This document shows, piece after piece, positions 48,001 through 58,844 of a stretch of DNA of 64,000 nt. Position 1 is the stretch's first letter. Every line of letters begins with the position of its first letter. The DNA is taken from NCBI GenBank assembly GCA_051313645.2, contig JBNRSN020000118.1:1302001-1366000 (forward strand). The letters are read 5' to 3'. This DNA is from Centroscyllium fabricii. Lineage: Eukaryota. The notes beneath the pieces are model-generated. The model searched no databases and was not told the DNA's origin. It was given only the letters and a program-made list of their open reading frames with translations. Made by a program: the position numbers and the translations under genes.

Positions 48001-48599
48001 CACACTGTGCAGATGTTCATCATGTTGTGGTGCTCACTGTGCAGATTTTCATCTTGTTCTGGTGTACACTGTACAGATGTTCATCATGTTGTGGTGCACA
48101 GTGTACAGATGTTCATCTTGTTGTGGTGCACACTGAACAGATGTTCGTCTTTTTGTGGTGCACACTGTACAGATGTTCATCATGTTGTGGTGCACAATGT
48201 ACAGATTGTAATCATGTTGTGGTGCACACTGTACAGATGTTCTTCATGTTGTGGTGCACACTGTACAGATGTTCATCATGTTGTGGTGCGCACTGTACAA
48301 ATGTTCATCATGTTGTGGTGCTCACTGTACAGATGTTCATCATGTTGTCGTGCAGACTGTACAGAAATTCATCATGTTGTCGTGCACACTGTACAGATCT
48401 TCATCATGTTGTCGTGCACACTGTACAGATGTTCATCTTGTTGTGGTGCACACTGTACAGATGTTCATCATGTTGTGGTGCACACTGTACAGATGTTCAT
48501 CATGTTGTGGTGCACACTGTACAGATGTTCATCTTGTTGTGGTGCACACTTTACAGATGTTCATCATGTTGTGGTGCACACTGTACAGATGTTCATCTT

Positions 48600-51500
48600 G
48601 TTGTGGTTTCACACTGGAGAGATGTTCGTCTTGTTGTGGTTCACACTGTACAGATGTTCATCTTGTTGTGGTGCACACTGTACAGATGTTCATCGTGTTG
48701 TGGTGCACACTGTACAGATGTTCATCATGTTGTGGTGCACACTGTACAGATGTTAATCTTGTTGTGTTGCACACTGTACAGATGTGCATTTTGTTGTGGT
48801 GCACACTGTACAGATGTTCATCTTGTTGTAGTGCACACTGTACAGATGTTCATCATGTTGCGGTGCACACTGTGCAGATGTTCATCTTGTTGTGGTTCAC
48901 ACTGTACAGATGTTCATCTTGTTGTAGTGCAAACAGTACAGATGTTCATCATGTTGTGGTGAACACTGTACAGACATTCATCATGTTGTGGTGCACACTG
49001 TACAGATGTTCATCATGTTGTGGTGCACACTGTACAGATGTTCATCCTGTTGTAGTTCACACTGTACAGATGTTCATCATGTCCTGGTGCACACTGTACA
49101 GATGTTCATCACGTTGTGGTGCACACTGTACAGATGTTCATCATGTTGTGATGCACACTGTGCAGATGTTGATCATGTTGTGGTGCACACTGTACAGGTG
49201 TTCATCATGTTGTGGTGCACACTGTACAGATGTTCGTCATATTTTGCACACTGGACCGATGTTCTCCCTGTTATCATGCACATACAGATGTTCATCCTAT
49301 TATGCACACTTTGCAGATGTTCACACTGTTATCATGCACACTGTACAGATGTTCACCCTGTTATCATGCACACTGTACAGATGTTCATCCTGTTATCATG
49401 CACACTGTACAGATGTTAACCCTGTTATCATGCACACTGTACAGATGTTCACCCTGTTATCATGCACAATGTACAGATGTTCATCTTGTTCTGGTGCACA
49501 ATGTAAAGATGTTCATCATGTTGTGGTGCACAATGTACAGATGTTCATCATGTTGTGTTGCACACTGTACAGATGTTCATCTTGTTGTGGTGCAAACTGT
49601 ACAGATGTTCATCATGTTGTGGTGCACACTGTACAGATGTTCATCTTGTTGTGGTGCACACTGTACAGATGTTCATCTTGTTGTGGTGCACACTGTACAG
49701 ATGTTCATCTTGTTGTGGTGCACACTGTAAATATGTTCCTCATGTTGTGGTGCACTCTGTACAGATGTTAATTATGTTGTCGTGCACACTGGACAGATGT
49801 TCTTCATGTTGTGTTGCACACTGTACAGATGTTCATCATGTTGTGGTGCACACTGTCAAGATGTTCATCTTGTTGTGGTGCACACTTTACAGATGTTCAT
49901 CTTGTTGTGGTGCACACTGTACAGATGTTCATCATGTTGTGGTGCACACAGTACAAATGTTCATCATGTTGTGGAGCACGGTGTACAGATGTTCGTCATG
50001 TTGTCGTGCAGACTGTACAGAAATTCATTATGTTGTGGTGCACACTGTACAGATGTTCATCATGTTGTCGTGCACACTGTACAGATGTTCATCTTGTTGT
50101 GGTGCACACTGTACAGATGTTTATCATGTTGTGGTGCACACTGTACAGATGTTCATCATGTTGTGGTGCACAATGTACAGATGTTCATCTTGTTGTGTTG
50201 CACACTGTAAAGATGTTCATCATTTTGTGGTGCACACTGTACAGATGTTCATCATGTGGTGGTGCACACTGTACAGATGTTCGTCTTGTTGTGGAGCACA
50301 CTGTACAGATGTTCATCATGTTGTGGTGCACAATGTACAGATTTTCATCATGTTGTGTGCACTCTGTACAGATGTTCATCATGTTGTAGTGAACACTGGA
50401 ACGATGTTCATCATGTTGTGGTGCACACTGTAAGATGTTCATCTAGTTGTGGTGCACACTGTACAGATGTTCATCTTGTTGTGGTGCACACTGTACAGAT
50501 GTTCATCATGTTGTGGTGCTCACTGTACAGATATTCATCTTGTTGTATTGTACACTGTACAGATGTTCATCATGTTGTGGTGCTCAGTGTACAGATGTTC
50601 ATCATGTTGTGGTGCACACTGTACAGATGTTCGTCTTGTTGTGGTGCACACTGTACAGATGTTCATCATGTTGTGGTGCACAATGTACAGATTTTAATCT
50701 TGTTGTGGTACACACTGTACAGATGTTCATCATGTTGTGGTGCACAATGTACAGATGTTCATCATGTTGTGGTGCACACTGTACAAATGTTCATCATGAT
50801 GTGGTGCACACTGTACAGATGTTCATCTTGTTGTGGTGCACACTGTACAGATGTTCATCATGTTGTGGTGCACACTGTACAGATGTTCATCTTGTTGTGG
50901 TGCACACTGTACAGATGTTCGTCTTGTTGTGGTGCACACTGTACAGATGTACATCATGTTGTGGTGCACACTGTACAGATGTTCATCTTGTTGTGGTGCA
51001 CACTGTACAGATGTTCATCATGTTGTGGTGCACACTGTACAGATGTTCATCATGTTGTGGTGCACAATGTACAGATGTTCATCTTGTTGTGGTGCAAACT
51101 GTACAGATGTTCATCATGTTGTGGTGCACATTGTACAGATGTTCATCATGTGGTGGTGCGCACTGTACAGATGTTCTTCTTGTTATGGAGCACACTGTAC
51201 AAATATTCATCATGTTGTGGTGCACAATGTACAGATTTTCATCATGTTGTTGTGCACACTGTACAGATGATCATCATGTTGTAGTGAACACTGGAAAGAT
51301 GTTCATCATGTTGTGGTGCACACTGTAAGATGTTCATCTTGTTGTGGTGCACACTGTACAGATGTTCATCTTGTTGTGGTGCACACTGTACAGATGTTCA
51401 TCATGTTGTGGTGCTCACTGTGCAGATTTTCATCTTGTTGTGGTGTACACTGTACAGATGTTCATCATGTTGTGGTGCACAGTGTACAGATGTTCATCAT

Positions 51501-54500
51501 GTTGTGGTGCTCACTGTGCAGATTTTCATCTTGTTGTGGTGTACACTGTACAGATGTTCATCATGTTGTGGTGCACACTGTACAGATGTTCATCATGTTG
51601 TGGTGCACACTGTACAGATGTTCATCAGGTTGTGGTGCGCACTGAACAGATGTTCATCTTGTTTTGGTGCGCACTTTACAGATGTTCATCATGTTGTGGT
51701 GCACACTGTACAGATGTTCATCTTGTTGTGGTGCACACTGGAGAGATGTTCGTCTTGTTGTGGTTCACACTGTACAGATGTTCATCTTGTTGTGGTGCAC
51801 ACTGTACAGATGTTCATCGTGTTGTGGTGCACACGGTACAGAAGTTCATCATGTTGTGGTGCACACTGTACAGATGTTAATCTTGTTGTGTTGCACACTG
51901 TACAGATGTGCATCATGTTGCGGTGCACAATGTGTAGATGTTCATCTTGTTGTGGTGCGTACTGTACAGATGTTCATCTTGTTGTAGTGCACACTGTACA
52001 GATGTTCATCATGTTGTGGTGAACACTGTACAGATATTCATCATGTTGTGGTGCACACTGTACAGATGTTCATCATGTTGTGGTGCACACTGTACAGATG
52101 TTCATCTTGTTGTATTGCACACTGTACAGATGTTCATCATGTCGTGGTGCACACTGTACAGATGTTCATCATGTTGTGGTGCACACTGTACAGATGTTCA
52201 TCATGTTGTGATGCACACTGTGCAGATGTTGATCATGTTGTGGTGCACACTGTACAGATGTTCATCATGTTGTGGTGCACACTGGAGAGATGTTCATCAT
52301 ATTTTGCACGCTGAACCGATGTTCACCCTATTATCATGCACATACAGATGTTCATCCTATTATGCACACTGTGCAGATGTTCACCCTGTTATCATGCACA
52401 CTGTACAGATGTTCATCCTGTTATCATGCACACTGTACAGATGTTCACCCTGTTATCATGCACAATGTACAGATGTTCATCCTGTTATCATGCACACTGT
52501 ACAGATGTTAACCCTGTTATCATGCACACTGTACAGATGTTCACCCTGTTATCATGCACAATGTACAGATGTTCATCTTGTTCTGGTGCACAATGTAAAG
52601 ATGTTCATCATGTTGTGGTGCACAATGTACAGATGTACATCATGTTGTGTTGCACACTGTACAGATGTTCATCTTGTTGTGGTGCAAACTGTACAGATGT
52701 TCATCATGTTGTGGTGCACACTGTACAGATGTTCATCTTGTTGTGGTGCACACTGTACAGATGTTCATCTTGTTGTGGTGCACACTGTACAGATGTTCAT
52801 CTTGTTGTGGTGCACACTGTAAATATGTTCCACATGTTGTGGTGCACTCTTTACAGATGTTAATTATGTTGTCGTGCACACTGGACAGATGTTCTTCATG
52901 TTGTGTTGCACACTGTACAGATGTTCATCATGTTGTGGTGCACACTGTCAAGATGTTCATCTTGTTGTGGTGCACACTTTACAGATGTTCATCTTGTTGT
53001 GGTGCACACTGTACAGATGTTCATCATGTTGTGGTGCACACAGTACAAATGTTCATCATGTTGTGGAGCACACTGTACAGATGTTCGTCATGTTGTCGTG
53101 CAGACTGTACAGAAATTCATTATGTTGTGGTGCACACTGTACAGATGTTCATCATGTTGTCGTGCACACTGTACAGATGTTCATCTTGTTGTGGTGCACA
53201 CTGTACAGATGTTTATCATGTTGTGGTGCACACTGTACAGATGTTCATCATGTTGTGGTGCACAATGTACAGATGTTCATCTTGTTGTGTTGCACACTGT
53301 AAAGATGTTCATCATTTTGTGGTGCACACTGTACAGATGTTCATCATGTGGTGGTGCACACTGTACAGATGTTCGTCTTGTTGTGGAGCACACTGTACAG
53401 ATGTTCATCATGTTGTGGTGCACAATGTACAGATTTTCATCATGTTGTGTGCACTCTGTACAGATGTTCATCATGTTGTAGTGAACACTGGAACGATGTT
53501 CATCATGTTGTGGTGCACACTGTAAGATGTTCATCTAGTTGTGGTGCACACTGTACAGATGTTCATCTTGTTGTGGTGCACACTGTACAGATGTTCATCA
53601 TGTTGTGGTGCTCACTGTACAGATATTCATCTTGTTGTAGTGTACACTGTACAGATGTTCATCATGTTGTGGTGCTCAGTGTGCAGATGTTCATCATGTT
53701 GTGGTGCACACTGTACAGATGTTCGTCTTGTTGTGGTGCACACTGTACAGATGTTCATCATGTTGTGGTGCACAATGTACAGATTTTAATCTTGTTGTGG
53801 TACACACTGTACAGATGTTCATCATGTTGTGGTGCACAATGTACAGATGTTCATCATGTTGTGGTGCACACTGTACAAATGTTCATCATGTTGTGGTGCA
53901 CACTGTACAGATGTTCATCTTGTTGTGGTGCACACTGTACAGATGTTCATCATGTTGTGGTGCACACTGTACAGATGTTCATCTTGTTGTGGTGCACACT
54001 GTACAGATGTTCGTCTTGTTGTGGTGCACACTGTACAGATGTACATCATGTTGTGGTGCACACTGTACAGATGTTCATCTTGTTGTGGTGCACACTGTAC
54101 AGATGTTCATCATGTTGTGGTGCACACTGTACAGATGTTCATCATGTTGTGGTGCACAATGTACAGATGTTCATCTTGTTGTGGTGCAAACTGTACAGAT
54201 GTTCATCATGTTGTGGTGCACATTGTACAGATGTTCATCATGTGGTGGTGCACACTGTACAGATGTTCTTCTTGTTATGGAGCACACTGTACAAATGTTC
54301 ATCATGTTGTGGTGCACAATGTACAGATTTTCATCATGTTGTTGTGCACACTGTACAGATGTTCATCATGTTGTAGTGAACACTGGAAAGATGTTCATCA
54401 TGTTGTGGTGCACACTGTAAGATGTTCACCTTGTTGTGGTGCACACTGTACAGATGTTCATCTTGTTGTGGTGCACACTGTACAGATGTTCATCATGTTG

Positions 54501-55560
54501 TGGTGCTCACTGTGCAGATTTTCATCTTGTTGTGGTGTACACTGTACAGATGTTCATCATGTTGTGGTGCACAGTGTACAGATGTTCATCATGTTGTGGT
54601 GTCCACTGTACAGATGTTCATCTTGTTGTGGTGCACACTGTACAGATGTTCATCATGTTGTGGTGCACACTGTACAGATGTTCATCAGGTTGTGGTGCGC
54701 ACTGAACAGATGTTCATCTTGTTTTGGTGCGCACTTTACAGATGTTCATCATGTTGTGGTGCACACTGTACAGATGTTCATCTTGTTGTGGTGCACACTG
54801 GAGAGATGTTCGTCTTGTTGTGGTTCACACTGTACAGATGTTCATCTTGTTGTGGTGCACACTGTACAGATGTTCATCGTGTTGTGGTGCACACGGTACA
54901 GAAGTTCATCATGTTGTGGTGCACACTGTACAGATGTTAATCTTGTTGTGTTGCACACTGTACAGATGTGCATCATGTTGCGGTGCACAATGTGTAGATG
55001 TTCATCTTGTTGTGGTGCGCACTGTACAGATGTTCATCTTGTTGTAGTGCACACTGTACAGATGTTCATCATGTTGTGGTGAACACTGTACAGATATTCA
55101 TCATGTTGTGGTGCACACTGTACAGATGTTCATCATGTTGTGGTGCACACTGTACAGATGTTCATCTTGTTGTATTGCACACTGTACAGATGTTCATCAT
55201 GTCGTGGTGCACACTGTACAGATGTTCATCATGTTGTGGTGCACACTGTACAGATGTTCATCATGTTGTGATGCACAATGTGCAGATGTTGATCATGTTG
55301 TGGTGCACACTGTACAGATGTTCATCATGTTGTGGTGCACACTGTACAGATGTTCATCATATTTTGCACACTGAACCGATGTTCACCCTATTATCATGCA
55401 CATACAGATGTTCATCCTATTATGCACACTGTGCAGATGTTCACCCTGTTATCATGCACACTGTACAGATGTTCATCCTGTTATCATGCACACTGTACAG
55501 ATGTTAACCCTGTTATCATGCACACTGTACAGATGTTCACCCTGTTATCATGCACACTGT
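48600..55560. repeat. Satellite tandem duplication, period ~3060-3092 bp (~2.2 copies)
   Basis: Landmarks 49555/52647, 50256/53348 and 51330/54422 are offset by 3092. Landmarks 51664/54724 and 52048/55108 are offset by 3060, one monomer less. Confidence 0.88.
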
Positions 55561-57099
55561 ACAGATGTTCACCCTGTTGTAATGCACAATGTACAGATGT
55601 ACACCCTGTTGTAGTGAACACTGTACTGATGCTCACCCTGTTATCATGCACAATGTACAGATGCTCACCCTGTCGTAGTGCACACTGAACAGCTTTTCAC
55701 CCTGTTGTAGTGCACACTGTACAGATGTTCACCCTGTTGTAGTGCACACTGTACAGATTTTCACATTGTTATCATGCACACTGTACAGATGTTCACCCTG
55801 TTGTAGTGCACACTGTACAGATGTTCACCCTGTTGTAGTGCACACTGTACAGATGTTCACCGTGCTGTAGTGCACACTGTACAGATGCTCATCCTGTTAT
55901 CATGCACACTGTACACATGTTCATCCTGTTATCATGCACAATGTACAGATGTTCATCTTGTTGTAGTGCACATTGTACAGATGTTCATCCTGTTGTAGTG
56001 CACACTGTAGAGATGTTCATTATGTTATGGTACACACTGTGCAGATGTACATCCTGTAGTGGTGCACACTGTACAGATGTTCATCATGTTATGGTGCACA
56101 CTGTACATTTATTCATATTGTTATGGTTCACACTGCACAGATGTTCATCCTGTTATGGTGCACACTGTACCGATGTTCATCATGTTATAGTGCACACTGT
56201 ACAGATGTTCATCCTGTTGTGTTGCGCACTGTACAGATGTTCATCCTGTTATCATGCACAATGTACAGATGTTCACCCTGTTGTAGTGCACATTGTACAG
56301 ATGTTCATCCTGTTGTTGTTCACACTTTACAGATGTTCATCTTGTTATGGTGCACACTGTGCAGATGTTGATCATGTAGTGGTACACACTGTACAGATGT
56401 TCATCATGTTATGGTGCACACTGTACATATGTTCATCGTGTTATGGTTCACACTGTACAGATGTTCATCGTGTTATGGTGCACACTGTACAGATGTTCAC
56501 CCTGTTATAGTGCACAATGTTCAGATGTTCATCCTGTTGTGGTGCACACTGTACAGATGTTCATCCTGTTGCAGTGCACACTGTACAGATGTTCATCCTG
56601 TTGTAGTGCATACTGTACAGATGTTCACCCTTTTGTGGTGCACACTGTACATATGTTCATCCTGTTATCATGCACAATGTACAGATGTTCACCCTGTTGT
56701 AGTGCACAATGTACAGATGTTCATCCTATTGTGGTGCACACTGTACAGATGTTCATCCTGTTATGGTGCACACTGTACAGATGTTCTTCCTGTTGTGGTG
56801 CACACTGTACAGATGTTCATCCTGTTATGCTCACTGTATAGATGTCCATCCTGTTATGGTGCACAATGTACAGATGTTCACACTGTTATGCACACTGTAC
56901 AGATGTTCATCCTGTTATGCACATTGTACAGATGTTCATCATGTTGTGGTGCACAATGTTCAGATGTTCACCCTGTTATGCACACTATACTGATGTGCAT
57001 CCTGTTATGTTGCACACTGTACAGATGTTCATCCTGTTATGAACACTGTACAGATGTTCACCCTGTTATGCACACTGTACAGATGTTCATCCTGTTATG
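55361..57099. repeat. Diverged marginal satellite subfamily (CCTGTTATCATGCACAC / CCTGTTGTAGTGCACAC monomers and 29-bp deletion monomers)
   Basis: The monomer tail switches from CATC[A/T]TGTTGTGG to CA[T/C]CCTGTTATCA/GTAG/ATGG. Shortened CCTGTTATGCACAC units occur at ~56820-57099. No long internal duplication is apparent. Confidence 0.85.
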
Positions 57100-57203
57100 A
57101 GATGGGTAAGTGCAGAGAGACCTGGGTGTTCTTGTGCACCAGTCACTGAAGCCGAGCATGCAGGTGCAACAGGCAGTTAAGAAGGCAAATGGTATGTTGG
57201 CCT
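57100..57203 (+). mobile_element. CR1-clade LINE, 5' piece of a 5'-truncated copy (ORF2 C-terminal region)
   Basis: Translates as VQRDLGVLVHQSLKPSMQVQQAVKKANGMLA, a typical CR1 ORF2 segment. It joins in frame to FISRGFEY at 62100 once the LTR element and one GGCCT copy are removed. Confidence 0.93.
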
Positions 57204-57503
57204 TGTGGTAACCGTTGTATATATAGTAATTACCACCATAATATTGTACACAATATTATCTGTATGTGTAGTGGTCGGGTGCATGATGCAACTGTCCTGT
57301 GTTGCGACACTGTCGTGGGGCCAGGTCAGCCACACCTCTAACTCCTCCCCTCAGTTGAGTGCCTTATAGATGGGGACTGACCGGCCCCCATTCATTCTGT
57401 ACCTGATGTTCGATCGGAGCGTAGATCCATTGTAAGCTAATAAAAGCCTTGAGTTAAGGTAACTACTCGTCTTTAGTTTTATTAGATTATTGACAATACG
57501 TCA
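57204..57503 (+). repeat. 5' LTR (300 bp)
   Basis: TGTGGTAACC...AATACGTCA; AATAAA at 57439-57444; 11 mismatches and no indels versus the 3' LTR by manual comparison. Confidence 0.97.
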
Positions 57504-57504
57504 A

Positions 57505-57520
57505 TTTTATTAGCTTATAA
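57505..57520 (+). promoter_or_regulatory. Non-tRNA primer-binding-site position, complementary to LTR 57430-57445
   Basis: TTTTATTAGCTTATAA starts one base after the LTR end and pairs with TTGTAAGCTAATAAAA (15 Watson-Crick pairs plus one G.U). There is no TGG-initiated tRNA PBS. Confidence 0.7.
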
Positions 57521-57527
57521 ATTTTAA

Positions 57528-58262
57528 ATGGAGAGCGGCACTGTGAAACCCGAAAAGCTGGACATTAGTCCAAAGGACCCAGCCGCCGCCAACACCTTCG
57601 AACACTGGTTCGGCCTCCTGGAGGCCTACATGGACGCCGTCAAGGCTACAACAGAGGGGAACAAGCTACAGGTTCTCCAATCCAGGATCTCCAGCCGGGT
57701 ATTCTCTTTCATACGTGACACCAAAACGTACCCCGATGCAGTGGCTAAACTGAAGAAATGCTACGAGTGCCCGGTCTACTCAGTCTACCGCAGACATGTG
57801 CTTGCGACCAGACCACAACTACCGAGTGAGTCAAATGAACAGTTCGAGCAGGCACTCCAAGCCATGGTCCGGGTCTGTGGCTGCCAACCATGGATGGCAG
57901 AAGAGGAGGCGAACCTCCTCATCTGTGATGCCTATGTAACAGGACTCAGGTCTGCAGAGGCCCGCCAGCGGCTGCTGGAAAAAGACTCTTTAACTTTGGA
58001 GGAGGCGATCTCTATCTCCAACTCTGTGGAGGGTGCACACCACAAGCTGCAGGTGTACAGCGGCCCAAACCCACAGGCCTACGATGCGTGGGCAGCCCCA
58101 CAACGGGTCGAGACCCCTACGATGGCAGCGGCAGCTGCGAAACCGCCGGCGGAGAGGAGATGCTACTTCTGCGGCCAGTGACTACACCCACGGGTGAAAT
58201 GCCCAGCGAAGACCGCGACCTGCGAGAGGTGCTCCAAGAAAGGACACTATGCCAAGGCCTGC
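57528..58262 (+). pseudogene. gag: Gypsy gag with two CCHC zinc knuckles, interrupted by a stop
   Basis: ATG at 57528 (MESGTVKPEKLD...FEHW). CYFCGQ*LHPRVKC and CERCSKKGHYAKAC both fit CX2CX4HX4C. In-frame TGA at 58179-58181. The true 3' end of gag is uncertain; the frame stays open to 58850. Confidence 0.9.
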
Positions 58263-58486
58263 AGATCAGCCCCGGCGTCCAGCTCCAGGTACAACAGCGC
58301 GGCCTGCGAAAGCTCTCAGGTAAGCTGCAACAGCAGCATGACCCAGCGACGTTCCGGGGGTAGAGTACAAGCGCCCCATCTCCCACCCCGAAGCGGCAGA
58401 GGCTGGCTGCACCCACGGCACACCAAATTCAGCCACGGCCGGCAATGGATGATCCCCCAATGCCAGCATCCCGCCCAGCACGGCTC

Positions 58487-58756
58487 GCTGCGTGTGAATC
58501 ACGGGCACCGCCATCCCAGCCACCGCGGCCAGCTGCATGCGAACCACGGGCACCACCACCATGTCTACAGCGGCCCGCCACGTGCGAACCACGGGTGCCG
58601 CCATCTTGTCCGCAGCGGCCCGCCATGTGCGACCCCCAGGCGCCGCCATCTTGTCTTCAGTGACCAGCCATGTGCGACTCTCCGGCGCTGCTATTTTGTC
58701 CTCAGAGGCCAGCCATGTGCGAACCATGGGCGCCGTCATCTTGTGTACAGCCCCGA
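58487..58756 (+). repeat. 45-bp minisatellite x6 in the gag-protease linker
   Basis: Units such as GCCACGTGCGAACCACGGGTGCCGCCATCTTGTCCGCAGCGGCCC. In the pol frame they give 15-aa repeats A(A/T/M)C(E/D)PxAPPSCxQRP. Confidence 0.88.
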
Positions 58757-58844
58757 CCAGCGGAGGGCTCACACACACACTCACACACTTCGGCCTCAGC
58801 CATCCCGAAAGTCAATCAGGCTAGGCCGCACACCCTATCAAATT

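Larger units (their letters stand above)
1..57099. repeat. 32-bp tandem satellite array (~1,780 monomers), continues beyond the left edge of the window
   Basis: Uninterrupted head-to-tail copies of GTGGTGCACACTGTACAGATGTTCATC[A/T]TGTT with scattered substitutions and occasional shorter monomers. It ends at ...CATCCTGTTATG (57099), where non-satellite sequence begins. Confidence 0.99.

Noticed and set aside
1-57099. CRISPR array (32-bp, partly palindromic repeat)
   Set aside because: Repeats are directly adjacent with no unique spacers, there are no cas genes, and the context is vertebrate-type retroelements.
1-57099. V(D)J recombination signal sequences (CACTGTG heptamers in variant monomers; CTTTTTGT nonamer-like variants)
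   Set aside because: Nonamer-like to heptamer spacing is 6 or 38 bp, not 12 or 23. The consensus is CACTGTA, and no V/J segments are present.
1-57099. Steroid hormone response elements (GTACA-GA-TGTTC; GGTGCA-CAC-TGTACA)
   Set aside because: The first has a 2-nt rather than 3-nt spacer and the second has a mismatched half-site. Only rare variants approach the consensus.
84-57100. Hundreds of Cys/His-rich ORFs resembling metallothionein, keratin-associated or zinc-finger proteins
   Set aside because: All are translations of the 32-bp satellite. The same peptide appears in all three frames, and stops and indels occur without regard to frame.
57204-57209. LTR begins TGTGGT, identical to a satellite hexamer, suggesting the satellite derives from the LTR or guided insertion
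   Set aside because: The match is only 6 bp, includes the obligatory TG, and the element inserted in CR1 sequence rather than in the satellite.
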